A stretch of 64,000 nucleotides of DNA from a virus. A program made the translations under genes and the position numbers. The notes under the pieces were generated by a model, which saw only the letters and a program-made list of their open reading frames with translations, had not been told where the DNA came from and searched no databases. Below, in pieces: positions 1 through 9,363 of the stretch. Position 1 is the first letter of the stretch; each line of letters begins with the position of its first letter. The stretch is from positions 1-64,000 of IMG/VR virus record IMGVR_UViG_3300031721_000685, one strand, 5' to 3'.

Positions 1-4
1 AATT

Positions 5-421
5 TTACCTCTCTCTGCCAATACGATAAGCTTCGTTTTCAAGATTCCGCTGATGTTTCTCCTTGCGCTCTGCTACGCCACGCTGACAGGAAGCATATGC
101 TCCTGGATTGTCAGCGTAGCTTTCACAGGAAAAATCAGACGGAACTCGTTTTACCTGTTGGCGCTCCACATAGTGAGGCGGTCTAACGACTGGTGCTGCT
201 GGAGTCTCATTGTTCTTGTCCATATTCTCGCCCACTTTAGACCCCAGAACAGCGCCAAGAACAGCGCCGCCTACAGTGGCTAGCACTCGACCTGAGCCTT
301 TGCCGACAGTACTACCGAGGAGACCTCCAACAGCGCCACCAGCAATAGTACCGCCACCTTGATTTGTAACACAAGCAGACAATGCAAGTGCGAGAGTAAC
401 AGTGAATAGTATTTTACGCAT
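5..421 (-). CDS. Glycine-zipper 2TM lipoprotein
   Basis: Start re-set to MRKILF (421), overlapping the upstream stop; lipobox LSAC; GTIAGGAVGGLLGSTVGKGSGR...GGAVLGAVLGSKVG glycine zipper. Confidence 0.8.
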   Translation of the reverse strand: MRKILFTVTLALALSACVTNQGGGTIAGGAVGGLLGSTVGKGSGRVLATVGGAVLGAVLGSKVGENMDKNNETPAAPVVRPPHYVERQQVKRVPSDFSCESYADNPGAYASCQRGVAERKEKHQRNLENEAYRIGRER

Positions 422-1361
422 CGGCATATTCCAGTGCTTTCTGTAGGGAATCCATCTTCTTTTTCTGGTTCGCACCAAACCAAGCAGACTGCATCCGAGT
501 GTCATTTGAGCGACCAGCAACGTGGTCAGTGAAGTAGGTCACTGCATTGTAAGCAGTCCACCAGGAGCCTTCAGCATACTCAGCACCAGGCTGAGTTTCC
601 ATCAGGTCACGAACAGTCTCACCCGTGCGAGTAAGATCGCCCTTCGTACCAGTCTTAGTACCAAACAGTTCAGTGAGATACTCATCCAGAGAGGTAGTGG
701 TGTAGCGCTTTGAACCAAGATACTGAGCCATCTCACGATAGTCTTCCATCTTGCTGTGAGCGATACCGAGAGTGGATTTGACGTTCTCAGCATCAAACGC
801 TTTACGATGATTTAACTTAACAGCGTTTGCCGCATCTTTGCTGAGAGAATAAGTCAGCGTATTGTTGCACACCACACGAATAGGAGTGAATCGAATATCA
901 ATCGACTTACCATACTGATGAGGGTTAGAAAACAGCAGGAACGATTCAACCTTGTCTCCGTTGAAGAGTTCAAAGTCATCTTCAACCTTAGCAAGCGCCC
1001 ATACAATCTGACCGTCTTTGAGAGAACCAGCAGTGTGCATCTTCATGTCGCCCGCTTCGACGAACTCATTGAAAAACTCAAATGCTTCAGAATTCTGAAC
1101 CGGATTCCAATTAGCACCAACCTGTGTCATCACCTTACTGTCAATGTCACGTACAAGCGCTTTCTGGCCAGTTGGGATTTTCTCACCGTCGAACTCAACA
1201 AAAGATTCGAGTTCCTCAACACGCCAGTCTAGCCCTGCGAGCGTCATCATGTCCATAGCAGAAGTGTCTTCTGGTACTTCAACCCCCAGACCATGCCATG
1301 GCACTGCGCCTACATAGGCCATCTGTGCTTCACCGTTTACAATTTCAATTTCACCGCTCAT
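414..1361 (-). CDS. DUF932/DUF945 (TIGR03299-like) phage/plasmid protein
   Basis: VPWHGLG, PVQNSEAFEFF, FTPIRVVCNNTL, WWTAYNAVTYFTDH motifs. Confidence 0.85.
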   Translation of the reverse strand: MSGEIEIVNGEAQMAYVGAVPWHGLGVEVPEDTSAMDMMTLAGLDWRVEELESFVEFDGEKIPTGQKALVRDIDSKVMTQVGANWNPVQNSEAFEFFNEFVEAGDMKMHTAGSLKDGQIVWALAKVEDDFELFNGDKVESFLLFSNPHQYGKSIDIRFTPIRVVCNNTLTYSLSKDAANAVKLNHRKAFDAENVKSTLGIAHSKMEDYREMAQYLGSKRYTTTSLDEYLTELFGTKTGTKGDLTRTGETVRDLMETQPGAEYAEGSWWTAYNAVTYFTDHVAGRSNDTRMQSAWFGANQKKKMDSLQKALEYADA

Positions 1362-1395
1362 TTTTAGTCTTCCTTTTCAAGCATTCAATATATAT

Positions 1396-1424
1396 ATAAT
1401 AACAGTTTTGAAAACAAAAGTCAA
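1396..1424 (-). promoter_or_regulatory. Sigma70-like early promoter
   Basis: TTGACT-17bp-TATTAT; shares 21 identical bp with the promoter at 2020-2048. Confidence 0.75.
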
Positions 1425-1450
1425 GCACTTTCTCGACTTTTTTACAAAAT

Positions 1451-1987
1451 TTACACAGCAACAGCAAACATTTCTGCTCTGCTATCGTACAGGTCAAACA
1501 ACTCACTTGCCAATTCACGCTTTCCTGCTTTGGGAAAGTCGACCACCTTAGAGTAGGGAGACTTCTTAGCATACACTACAACGCCGGAAGTCTTTGCTAG
1601 TTTGTTCCAGACATACTGTCCGCCAGCAGATTGACTAGAGCCAGCCATGAGTGTGATATTCATCTTCCTCATGAGGAACTTGTAAATTTTAAGAGCAAGG
1701 TTTTTACCCTTGTATCGATTATCGACCTTCAACAGATCAACGTGCCAGCCACATCGCTCCTTTGTCAAGTCTATACTTGCAGCGATGCGATAGCGAGTTT
1801 CCATGTCGCCGTCGTAATTGCGAAATCGTCTAGTCGCATTGCGGTCATAAACCCACACTGTGTTATATGTAGACTCATCAGAGTCGAAGTATATATCGTA
1901 TCCGAAAGCACGGCCAACGAGTTCTACGTCGTCTAGATTACCGTATCCAAGCGAAACTCTTTTGCTCATTTGAACTCTTGCAACCAC
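1451..1987 (-). CDS. GNAT-like acetyltransferase-fold protein
   Basis: VDNRYKGKNLA resembles the acetyl-CoA binding motif A; QSAGG..VW; GTG start with GGAGAG RBS. Confidence 0.5.
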   Translation of the reverse strand: MVARVQMSKRVSLGYGNLDDVELVGRAFGYDIYFDSDESTYNTVWVYDRNATRRFRNYDGDMETRYRIAASIDLTKERCGWHVDLLKVDNRYKGKNLALKIYKFLMRKMNITLMAGSSQSAGGQYVWNKLAKTSGVVVYAKKSPYSKVVDFPKAGKRELASELFDLYDSRAEMFAVAV

Positions 1988-2019
1988 GTTAACTCTCCAT
2001 TTCTCGATTCGATATAGAT

Positions 2020-2048
2020 ATTATATCTGTTTTCAAAACAAAAGTCAA
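2020..2048 (-). promoter_or_regulatory. Sigma70-like early promoter with upstream A-tracts
   Basis: TTGACT-17bp-TATAAT; A-tract-rich DNA at 2050-2137. Confidence 0.8.
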
Positions 2049-2137
2049 GCACTTTTTCACTTTTTTTTATAAAAAATTTGACAATTTAAAGTGTATTTTT
2101 TCACTTTTTTCATTTTTTTCATTTTTTACATGAAAAA

Positions 2138-2584
2138 TTAGTCAATATCGTCTGCACCGCCCTTTAGAATATTCAAAAACTGAGTGTAGTAGCTCATAGG
2201 GTCAGACTCAAATTCTGCCATTGGGATAATGTTTTCAAGATTATTGTGCAATGGGTGATCGTTACCCTGCATTCTCATAATGAGCGCTTTGGTGCACTCT
2301 AGCATCAAAGCAGCATCATATCCCAGTTTTTCAGTTTTTTCGATGTTGAATCCCATATCTCGTAGTGAGCCTAGCGTTTGAACGAGGACTTCAGTTGCAA
2401 TGTCAATTGCAACTTCTACCTGCTCCTCTTGAATTCGTTCGTGTAACTCTGTTCTATTTTGAGGAGGTTCGAACTCTGTGTTTCGCCTGGGAAAGAGAAT
2501 CACATTCGAGGAAAGCATTTCCTTATCCAGTTTAAATTCTACTTCGTCAACTTCTAGGTCATCTGGTGTAAAAGTGATATCCAT
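2138..2584 (-). CDS. Hypothetical protein
   Basis: 148-aa ORF with GGAG RBS; SNVILFP motif common in phage proteins. Confidence 0.7.
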   Translation of the reverse strand: MDITFTPDDLEVDEVEFKLDKEMLSSNVILFPRRNTEFEPPQNRTELHERIQEEQVEVAIDIATEVLVQTLGSLRDMGFNIEKTEKLGYDAALMLECTKALIMRMQGNDHPLHNNLENIIPMAEFESDPMSYYTQFLNILKGGADDID

Positions 2585-2593
2585 TTTTATCTC

Positions 2594-3382
2594 CTATATT
2601 GCTCGTAATAGAATGCATTCGCCGTTGATGCGGCCCGTAGCAATACCAGGCTTGGTTTTAATTTCACCAAACGCCCTGATAGCACGAAGTTTAGTAGTCT
2701 TTAACACGCTGTTAAGCACGTCTTCTGGTTTGCGAATTTTCTTCTTGAAGGATTTATCTTCGTCGAAATTCTGAAGAGTCGTGCCCTTCACAGAAAATTT
2801 CTCGCCATCCTTCGCTTGATAGATAAACAAATCACGATACTTCGTATTGAAAACGAACAGTATTTCGCTCTGTGGAATTACAATGGGGTCGATGCTGCTA
2901 ATCTTAAAATCACCATCAAACTCCTTGTATTTTAACTTTGAGACGATTTTTTCGAAAGATACCTTGCGCTTCACACGAACCTTCTTCTGACCCGTCGCAT
3001 AAGAATTGGCGTCATCGATGAGAGAATTCACAAAGTCAAGATACTTCTTATGCTGTGGGATTTTGAGAAATTGATAAGACTCGACGAGTTCTGGAGTTTT
3101 ATCCTCAACCAACTCTCGTAGCTCTTTCTGTAAGCGAGAATAATATTCAGCAATATTAGCTGCATATTTCTTAGCAGGCTTCAGAACAATCAGTCTACGA
3201 TACAGACTGAACTTGGGCTTCAAATTCTTGCAACTCTGTTCTATTTTGAGGAGGTTCGAACTCTTTGTCTCTAGAGAATGCATTTTGTTGATATCGACCA
3301 ATTGATCGACTAGATAGTCAATGGCGCTCTCACATTCACACATAATCTGATCGTAGGTTATCTGAGATTTGTTCATTGTCAT
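2594..3382 (-). CDS. Conserved hypothetical protein of T4-like phages
   Basis: 262-aa ORF; C-terminal FNTKYR...VKGTTLQNFD...RKPE...TGRIN pattern. Confidence 0.7.
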   Translation of the reverse strand: MTMNKSQITYDQIMCECESAIDYLVDQLVDINKMHSLETKSSNLLKIEQSCKNLKPKFSLYRRLIVLKPAKKYAANIAEYYSRLQKELRELVEDKTPELVESYQFLKIPQHKKYLDFVNSLIDDANSYATGQKKVRVKRKVSFEKIVSKLKYKEFDGDFKISSIDPIVIPQSEILFVFNTKYRDLFIYQAKDGEKFSVKGTTLQNFDEDKSFKKKIRKPEDVLNSVLKTTKLRAIRAFGEIKTKPGIATGRINGECILLRAI

Positions 3383-3405
3383 TCCTTTTCGTTTCTGATA
3401 TATCT

Positions 3406-3435
3406 ATATTACATCATTTTAGAAACGAATGTCAA
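3406..3435 (-). promoter_or_regulatory. Sigma70-like promoter
   Basis: TTGACA followed by TGTAAT/TAATAT at 16-18 bp. Confidence 0.6.
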
Positions 3436-3848
3436 CCTCTTTTTAAAGATTTTACATGATTGCGGTGAATTTTGCAGTTGATGATACCATTGAGATACGA
3501 ATCATCTAGCAGAACGTTTCTATCAAATTGCTCCTGGGCTTCTAGATACCCCATCTCTCCTTTAGATTTACAAAGATGTAGAATATTACGGCGAAAAGCG
3601 CCTCTACCATTCTCTAGTAGAAGACGCTTCACCAACTCAGAACTACCAAAATAGTCTTTCCAATCCGATTCAACTATCTTACGTCTCTTGCGAATCTTAC
3701 CTTTGAGTGGAGGTAAGGTCTTTTTAGACCAAAATAGCTTTTTACCAACATACTTTTTATCAGTATCTAATTGTGTGATAATATAAACGAATCCGACATA
3801 ATCTTCAGGTACATCTAAGAATTCTTCATTATTGTAAAACCATGTTAT
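3432..3848 (-). CDS. GIY-YIG-like (Seg-like) endonuclease-domain protein, probable ATA start
   Basis: Frame is open 71 codons upstream of the track GTG: ITWFYNNEEFLDVPEDYVGFVYIITQLDTDKKYVGKK (GFVY...YVG); GAGGAG 8 nt before ATA. Confidence 0.75.
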   Translation of the reverse strand: MTWFYNNEEFLDVPEDYVGFVYIITQLDTDKKYVGKKLFWSKKTLPPLKGKIRKRRKIVESDWKDYFGSSELVKRLLLENGRGAFRRNILHLCKSKGEMGYLEAQEQFDRNVLLDDSYLNGIINCKIHRNHVKSLKRG

Positions 3849-3991
3849 GGCAGCATCTCCTCTTCGTCTCTCATCAACTCTTCATCTCCACAGAAAGGAC
3901 AATAGAGTACATCATCATATAACTCATGCTTTATAGTGAAAATTGCTCCGCAGTTATCACAGATGCGTTCTTTATCATATGCTTCATCCAT
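3845..3991 (-). CDS. Small zinc-ribbon protein
   Basis: CDNC...CPFC; start MDEAY overlapping the nrdB end. Confidence 0.7.
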   Translation of the reverse strand: MDEAYDKERICDNCGAIFTIKHELYDDVLYCPFCGDEELMRDEEEMLP

Positions 3992-4949
3992 TGTTTGCTC
4001 CCCAAACGTCTTCCCAAGAACCACTGAGTGCTGCTGTAGCATAGTCTGTGGAACGATTCTCGAAAAAGTTAGTGTGTGTTGGTGCGTTAATCATTTCTTC
4101 TACCCAAGGCAGAGGATTCTTCTTAACTTTAAAGATGCCCCTCATACCCATAGAAATCAAGCGACGGTCAGCAATGTAACGAATATACTGCTTTACATCC
4201 ACTGCTGTGAGATTTTCCATCTCGCCCATCTGAAACGCTAAGTCAACGAAATCATCTTCAAGTTCTACCATTTTCTCAGCGATAGAGTAGATTTGGCCCT
4301 TTGTATCGTCATTCCAGATTTCAGGGTTCTCTTCAAGATATGCACGAAACAGTGCAATGATGCCTTCGGCGTGCATCGTTTCATCAACGATAGACCAAGT
4401 AACAATCTGACCCATACCCTTCATCTTACCATGACGAGGAAAGTTCAGTAGCATAATAAACGAACTGAATAGTGCTAGACCTTCAGTGAATGCAGAGATT
4501 GCTGCCATCTTAACAGGTAGAACTGCATCATTGTCTACCTTCGCCATGAAGTACTCGTGCTTCTCACGCATTGCATCGTATTCTAGAAACTCGTTATATG
4601 TGCTTTCTGGCATACCAAGAGTTTCAATCAAATGTGAATACGCAGCGATATGGATCGCTTCACGAGCAGCAAACCCCATAAGCATCATACGGACTTCTGG
4701 TTGAGGGAAATGTGGCAGGTAGTTTTTAACGTAACCACCCGCCACATCGATATCAGACTGTGTGAAGAATCGAAAGATTTGTACTAGAAAATATTTTTCA
4801 GCGCTTGATAAACGATTACGCCAATCTTTAATATCTTCCATCATCGGAACTTCACCATGCAACCAATGAGACTGCTCGTGCTTTAACCAAAGTGTGTACA
4901 TATTAGGATAGTTAAATGGCTTAAAATAAAGCCTCTCATCAGTTAGCAT
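3984..4949 (-). CDS. nrdB: Ribonucleotide reductase class Ia beta subunit
   Basis: FFTQSD, EAIHIAAY (radical Tyr), DETMH di-iron ligands, NFFENRSTDY tail. Confidence 0.95.
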   Translation of the reverse strand: MLTDERLYFKPFNYPNMYTLWLKHEQSHWLHGEVPMMEDIKDWRNRLSSAEKYFLVQIFRFFTQSDIDVAGGYVKNYLPHFPQPEVRMMLMGFAAREAIHIAAYSHLIETLGMPESTYNEFLEYDAMREKHEYFMAKVDNDAVLPVKMAAISAFTEGLALFSSFIMLLNFPRHGKMKGMGQIVTWSIVDETMHAEGIIALFRAYLEENPEIWNDDTKGQIYSIAEKMVELEDDFVDLAFQMGEMENLTAVDVKQYIRYIADRRLISMGMRGIFKVKKNPLPWVEEMINAPTHTNFFENRSTDYATAALSGSWEDVWGANNG

Positions 4950-4956
4950 ATGTTTG

Positions 4957-5118
4957 TTAGCCCTTCATGAATAATGTATATGCGCCATAAGCAAGGGCGC
5001 AAACTGCAACAATCTTAACAACCGTTACTGGCAATAGAAGTAATACAGCACCGCCGGCAACCATTACAGTGCCGTCTAGTGTCGTGCGTTCTGATAATCT
5101 ATCTTTAACCCATTGCAT
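4957..5118 (-). CDS. Small membrane protein (53 aa, absent from ORF track)
   Basis: MQWVKDRLSERTTLDGTVMVAGGAVLLLLPVTVVKIVAVCALAYGAYTLFMKG; AGGAG RBS. Confidence 0.7.
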   Translation of the reverse strand: MQWVKDRLSERTTLDGTVMVAGGAVLLLLPVTVVKIVAVCALAYGAYTLFMKG

Positions 5119-5129
5119 TGTAGTTCTCC

Positions 5130-5288
5130 TTATTTTTTCTGTGTTGGGACAGGTGCCTCAACAACAACTGGTGCTACTGGTTCTTCTGCGAACATATGCG
5201 TAGAAGATGTAATATCTGCTTCCATAAAATATGCTACAACAACAATAACAGCAACGAAACCAAGTACACTAATAACAACTTTAATCAT
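5130..5288 (-). CDS. Small single-TM protein (52 aa, absent from ORF track)
   Basis: MIKVVISVLGFVAVIVVVAYFMEAD...; AGGA RBS; fills the gap between neighbours. Confidence 0.6.
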   Translation of the reverse strand: MIKVVISVLGFVAVIVVVAYFMEADITSSTHMFAEEPVAPVVVEAPVPTQKK

Positions 5289-5538
5289 CGGTATTTCCTT
5301 TCTTTAGAGTATCTATATTTTCTCTAAGTGCAGTATAACCTCCTTCTAATAGTTTACCATTAACAAAAATCTGTGGTACACCTGTAAGCTCCCAAAATTC
5401 CAATATGCTATGGCTATCGTCTAAGTCAAGCTCAGTATAGTTGATTCCACTATCACTCAGAAGTTTTTTTGCAGACTCGCAATACCAGTGCTCGGGTGCT
5501 GTGCACCAATCTGCCGTGATTATTTTGACGTGGATCAA
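5281..5538 (-). CDS. Glutaredoxin (NrdC/NrdH-like) with atypical CX7C site
   Basis: WCTAPEHWYC, cis-Pro motif GVPQIF, GGY; between nrdA and nrdB. Confidence 0.8.
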   Translation of the reverse strand: MIHVKIITADWCTAPEHWYCESAKKLLSDSGINYTELDLDDSHSILEFWELTGVPQIFVNGKLLEGGYTALRENIDTLKKGNTDD

Positions 5539-6029
5539 TCAGCCATCCTTGTGTCACCAGGGCGAAAATTTAAAGCACTACCATTTAAATGCATAATCAT
5601 AAATCCAATAACACACCTTTTCGATTTTGAAATAGGATTATTTGCTGTTTCGGAATCAAGCATCATCAAGAATAGTTCATTGATAATAATCTCTGCTTCA
5701 TTTACTGTTACATCATTCTTAGAATTTGGCAGTCTGTTTTTATAGCAACGTAGTTTCCACGCTAGATAATCATATGTAGTGTAAGACTTTCTAGCAAATT
5801 CAAAATCAAGTAGTAGCTTTAGACCAGGGGCAGTTTGCACAGTATGTGACTTATAAACAAATCCTTGTGGAACAGTGAGCCGAACCCATCGATAAGGATG
5901 AACACCAATTTCTTTCAATACGGGCACAAACTGCTTGATGGCAATATCTTCAAACGATAGCTTCTCAATTAGTTCGTAACCACTCTTTTTCATATTCCAC
6001 ACAGTCTTTGTGTCTGCACTCATAAACAT
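5535..6029 (-). CDS. Hypothetical protein
   Basis: 164-aa ORF with AAGGAG RBS. Confidence 0.65.
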   Translation of the reverse strand: MFMSADTKTVWNMKKSGYELIEKLSFEDIAIKQFVPVLKEIGVHPYRWVRLTVPQGFVYKSHTVQTAPGLKLLLDFEFARKSYTTYDYLAWKLRCYKNRLPNSKNDVTVNEAEIIINELFLMMLDSETANNPISKSKRCVIGFMIMHLNGSALNFRPGDTRMAD

Positions 6030-6048
6030 TATAACTCTCCTTTAATCA

Positions 6049-7842
6049 TTAACCCTCACAGGCCATACAATCTTCGCCCATAGCGATAGCGGACATATCC
6101 AGTTCTTGAATAACTTGCCTTTCAATACGACGAGATACCTTGTCTGCTTTACCAATCTTCTCAGACCGACAGTAGTACATCGTTTTCAGACCTTTTTTCC
6201 ATGCCAAGAAATGAACCGCATGTAGATATTTCACATTTACATCTGGACGAAAAAACACATTTAAAGACTGTGCTTGGTCAATAAACATTTGTCTATCCGC
6301 AGCATGTTCAATAACCCATCGTTGGTCAATTTCCATTGCTGTCTTATATATATCTTTTTCATAATCAGAAAGAAATCTCACATGCTGTACAGAACCTTCG
6401 TGTGCAATTATCGATGACCAAACTCTATCATAGTTGATTGAAGAGTCTTCGTCAATCTTTTTCTTAATTAAAGCATCAAGAAATTTGTTCTTATTTAGAA
6501 ATGCGCCACTTAATGTGTCTTGCCTGTATGCATTAGCTCTCCAAGGCTCGACAGAAGGAGACGTATTGCCCATAATAATGGAAGAAGATGCGTTAGGAGC
6601 AACAGCCATAACATGACTGCAACGACGACCAGTGTCCTTAGCGTCAGGTGCTTCTCCTCTAATACTACCCAGCTTCAAATTTGCTGCATCTAGACCTTCT
6701 CTAATGTGCTTGAAGACACGCATGTTGAGAGACTTCGCAACAGCAGATTCAAACGGAACATTTTTCTTCTGAAGATAAGCATGAAATCCAAGAGCGCCAA
6801 CACCAACAGAACGCTCACGCATAGCAGAGTATTTAGCTCGTGAAACAAAATCAGGAGCATTGGTAATAAAATGCTGTAACACGTTATCCAGCATTTCTAG
6901 AACATCTTCGAGAAACTGTTCATTCTGAGACCATTCGTCAAAGTATTCTAGGTTCAAAGATGATAAGCAACAAACAGCAGTGCGGTCAATGTCTGTTGGC
7001 AATGTGATTTCAGAGCATAGGTTTGATTGACGAACTTTTAGACCTTTGTCTTTGAGCCAATATGGAAGCGCTCGATTTGATGTATCGATATAATGAAGGT
7101 ATGGCTCACCAGTCTGCATACGCATTTCAAGAATACGTTGCCACAACTCACGAGCAGGTATGATCTCTCTAACTTCATTAGTCTCTGGTTCTTTGAGTTC
7201 CCAGCTATCATCTGCATTTGGATCAAGCATAGACTTTTCTACAAGGCTCATAAACTTATCAGAGATATTGATACCATGATGAAGATTGAGACAACGGAAG
7301 TTTTGGTCACCAGTAGGCTTTCTCATCTCAAGAAACAACAGAATATCTGGATGGTCAATATCTAGATACGCAGCATAAGAGCCACGGCGAGTTTTGCCTT
7401 GACGATACGCAAGAGAAGAAGCATCATACATCTTTAGATGTGGGAGAACACCTGTAGACTTATCACCAGCAGAACGAATGCCGAAGCCGACACCAACGCC
7501 ACCACCAAGCATACTAAGCCAGTTCGTTTCAGAGAGTGTGTCAACTAAACCCTCCGCTGTATCTGGAATCCAATTCAAATAGCATGAAATAGGCAATCCT
7601 TTCGACGATTTACCACCATAAGATAAAATAGGTGTAGAGTAGCTTAACCAATGATTCGATGAATATTCATATAGCCGTTGAGCGTGTTGAATGTTAGAAC
7701 TAAACGTTTTAGAAACAAAAGCAAATCGTTCTTGTGGGCTTAGCTCATCATCGTTCATATACGATTCTTTTAGACGACGAATGCCTAAATCGTCAAATAA
7801 CTGATCTTTATTCGGACTAATTGTAATACCCATATGTTCCAT
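6049..7842 (-). CDS. nrdA: Ribonucleotide reductase class Ia alpha subunit (no ATP cone)
   Basis: PISC, SNLCSEI, APNASSS, TMYYCR, C-terminal CMAC. Confidence 0.95.
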   Translation of the reverse strand: MEHMGITISPNKDQLFDDLGIRRLKESYMNDDELSPQERFAFVSKTFSSNIQHAQRLYEYSSNHWLSYSTPILSYGGKSSKGLPISCYLNWIPDTAEGLVDTLSETNWLSMLGGGVGVGFGIRSAGDKSTGVLPHLKMYDASSLAYRQGKTRRGSYAAYLDIDHPDILLFLEMRKPTGDQNFRCLNLHHGINISDKFMSLVEKSMLDPNADDSWELKEPETNEVREIIPARELWQRILEMRMQTGEPYLHYIDTSNRALPYWLKDKGLKVRQSNLCSEITLPTDIDRTAVCCLSSLNLEYFDEWSQNEQFLEDVLEMLDNVLQHFITNAPDFVSRAKYSAMRERSVGVGALGFHAYLQKKNVPFESAVAKSLNMRVFKHIREGLDAANLKLGSIRGEAPDAKDTGRRCSHVMAVAPNASSSIIMGNTSPSVEPWRANAYRQDTLSGAFLNKNKFLDALIKKKIDEDSSINYDRVWSSIIAHEGSVQHVRFLSDYEKDIYKTAMEIDQRWVIEHAADRQMFIDQAQSLNVFFRPDVNVKYLHAVHFLAWKKGLKTMYYCRSEKIGKADKVSRRIERQVIQELDMSAIAMGEDCMACEG

Positions 7843-7856
7843 TTTTCATTCGTTCC

Positions 7857-8894
7857 TTATGTAATATATTCTTCTAGTTTATTTTTAAGTATATGCAAAT
7901 TATTACTTTCAGGCGCTTCTCGCAACAATCTAGCAAACTCTATCTTCATCAAATCTATATCATTTTGTATTGTCGTCAAATCTCTATTATTTGCAGCATC
8001 AACAAATAGCGGATGCGCTTGGTCTAGACCTTGGCCTGCTTTTTGAAATTCTGTGTATCTCCATACAATGTCTTCAGCTTTATCACCAATAACATTTCGT
8101 ATTTCATCTCTATTTGTAGTTAAAAATGACATTTGATATATTTTATGGTATAGTATAGCATTTATTTGACTACTAGTCAATTCAATTTGTTTCATTGCCT
8201 CATCAGTAATGCTATAAAAATATTGAAACCAAGATATATTCGAATGCAGTTTACTATCGAATTCATTTTGAATCATATATTTAATGGCAGGGTGATTGAT
8301 ATTATTTCTAATAGTTTTTAATACAAGAACAAGTCGAAGATCGTTGCACTTTCTAGATAATGGTCTAGCGCCATGTAGAGCATTAGAATCGAATATAATC
8401 AGTCGCCCACATTTTGGTAAAATCGAATGTTCTATATCCTTCGTATCATCATTAATGAGTACAGTTTCGCCGCCCCATTGATAGTTCCATTTCGTATTTA
8501 AATATACCATACAAGTTTCAGATGGCTCACAGTATTGCCGTGCTATCCACGGGTCATCTCTATGAATATACCCATCAGTACCGTATGTATATCCATTAAA
8601 ATATATTCTATTGACGCCCGTATTGTCGCCGTCGGGCAGATGTGGTTTTATATTTTCCCATATATCAAATAAGTCAAAATAAGTGTCCCTGTAATAACTT
8701 AGCTTAGATATATCATACGGAAGATGTTTAACTATGAGAGTAGAACGCTCGTCTGGTCTATAGTTCCAATGGCCATGTGGGTCAACTGAATGATTTGCTT
8801 TCCACCCATATTTCATACCTTGTAATGGATACTTGTTTCTTATATAGTTAACATTATTTTGGTCGATAAAGTTATCAATAGTTTTATATAACAT
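7857..8894 (-). CDS. 2OG-Fe(II) oxygenase with C-terminal degenerate DUF6817-like domain
   Basis: HRD, WGGET, LHGARP, RLVLV; C-terminal HS...LYHKIY...RDEIRNVIGDKAE parallels the neighbouring gene. Confidence 0.8.
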   Translation of the reverse strand: MLYKTIDNFIDQNNVNYIRNKYPLQGMKYGWKANHSVDPHGHWNYRPDERSTLIVKHLPYDISKLSYYRDTYFDLFDIWENIKPHLPDGDNTGVNRIYFNGYTYGTDGYIHRDDPWIARQYCEPSETCMVYLNTKWNYQWGGETVLINDDTKDIEHSILPKCGRLIIFDSNALHGARPLSRKCNDLRLVLVLKTIRNNINHPAIKYMIQNEFDSKLHSNISWFQYFYSITDEAMKQIELTSSQINAILYHKIYQMSFLTTNRDEIRNVIGDKAEDIVWRYTEFQKAGQGLDQAHPLFVDAANNRDLTTIQNDIDLMKIEFARLLREAPESNNLHILKNKLEEYIT

Positions 8895-9363
8895 TTAATA
8901 ATACACCCAATTTATTAACGTTTTCGCTAGATAAGTCAAAATCATTAATGATTACTGTTGGCGATATATCACTCCTCATAGAGTCTTTTTGCTCTAAGAG
9001 GTTTGCAAACTCTATCCATCTCAGTTGTGTAATCCATGGATCGGGTAAAACTGTATTATTAATAATATCATTTGTTCTATCTTTCTTTTGACAAAATATA
9101 TTAACAAGAACTTCAGCTTCGATACCAATTATATCCTGAACTTCTTCTCTCTCTATGAAAAGTTGTTTAGAATGTTTGTAGTAGGTAGTACCGTAAATAG
9201 AATGAAAGAGTCCTGCTTTTTGTTCAACGACAGAACGACCAAAATGATTCAAGATATCAGAGGTGCCAATCAAATGCTCTAATAGTGTTTTTTTAGAATG
9301 TGGCAATTTATCAGCACCAATTGAATAGAGATAGTCAATTTGTATTTCTAATCCTTCTATCAT
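8884..9363 (-). CDS. DUF6817-like HD-related protein
   Basis: HSKKTLLEHLIGT...AGLFHSIYGT...IGIEAEVLV; ATGA overlap with the primase stop. Confidence 0.7.
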   Translation of the reverse strand: MIEGLEIQIDYLYSIGADKLPHSKKTLLEHLIGTSDILNHFGRSVVEQKAGLFHSIYGTTYYKHSKQLFIEREEVQDIIGIEAEVLVNIFCQKKDRTNDIINNTVLPDPWITQLRWIEFANLLEQKDSMRSDISPTVIINDFDLSSENVNKLGVLLNVI

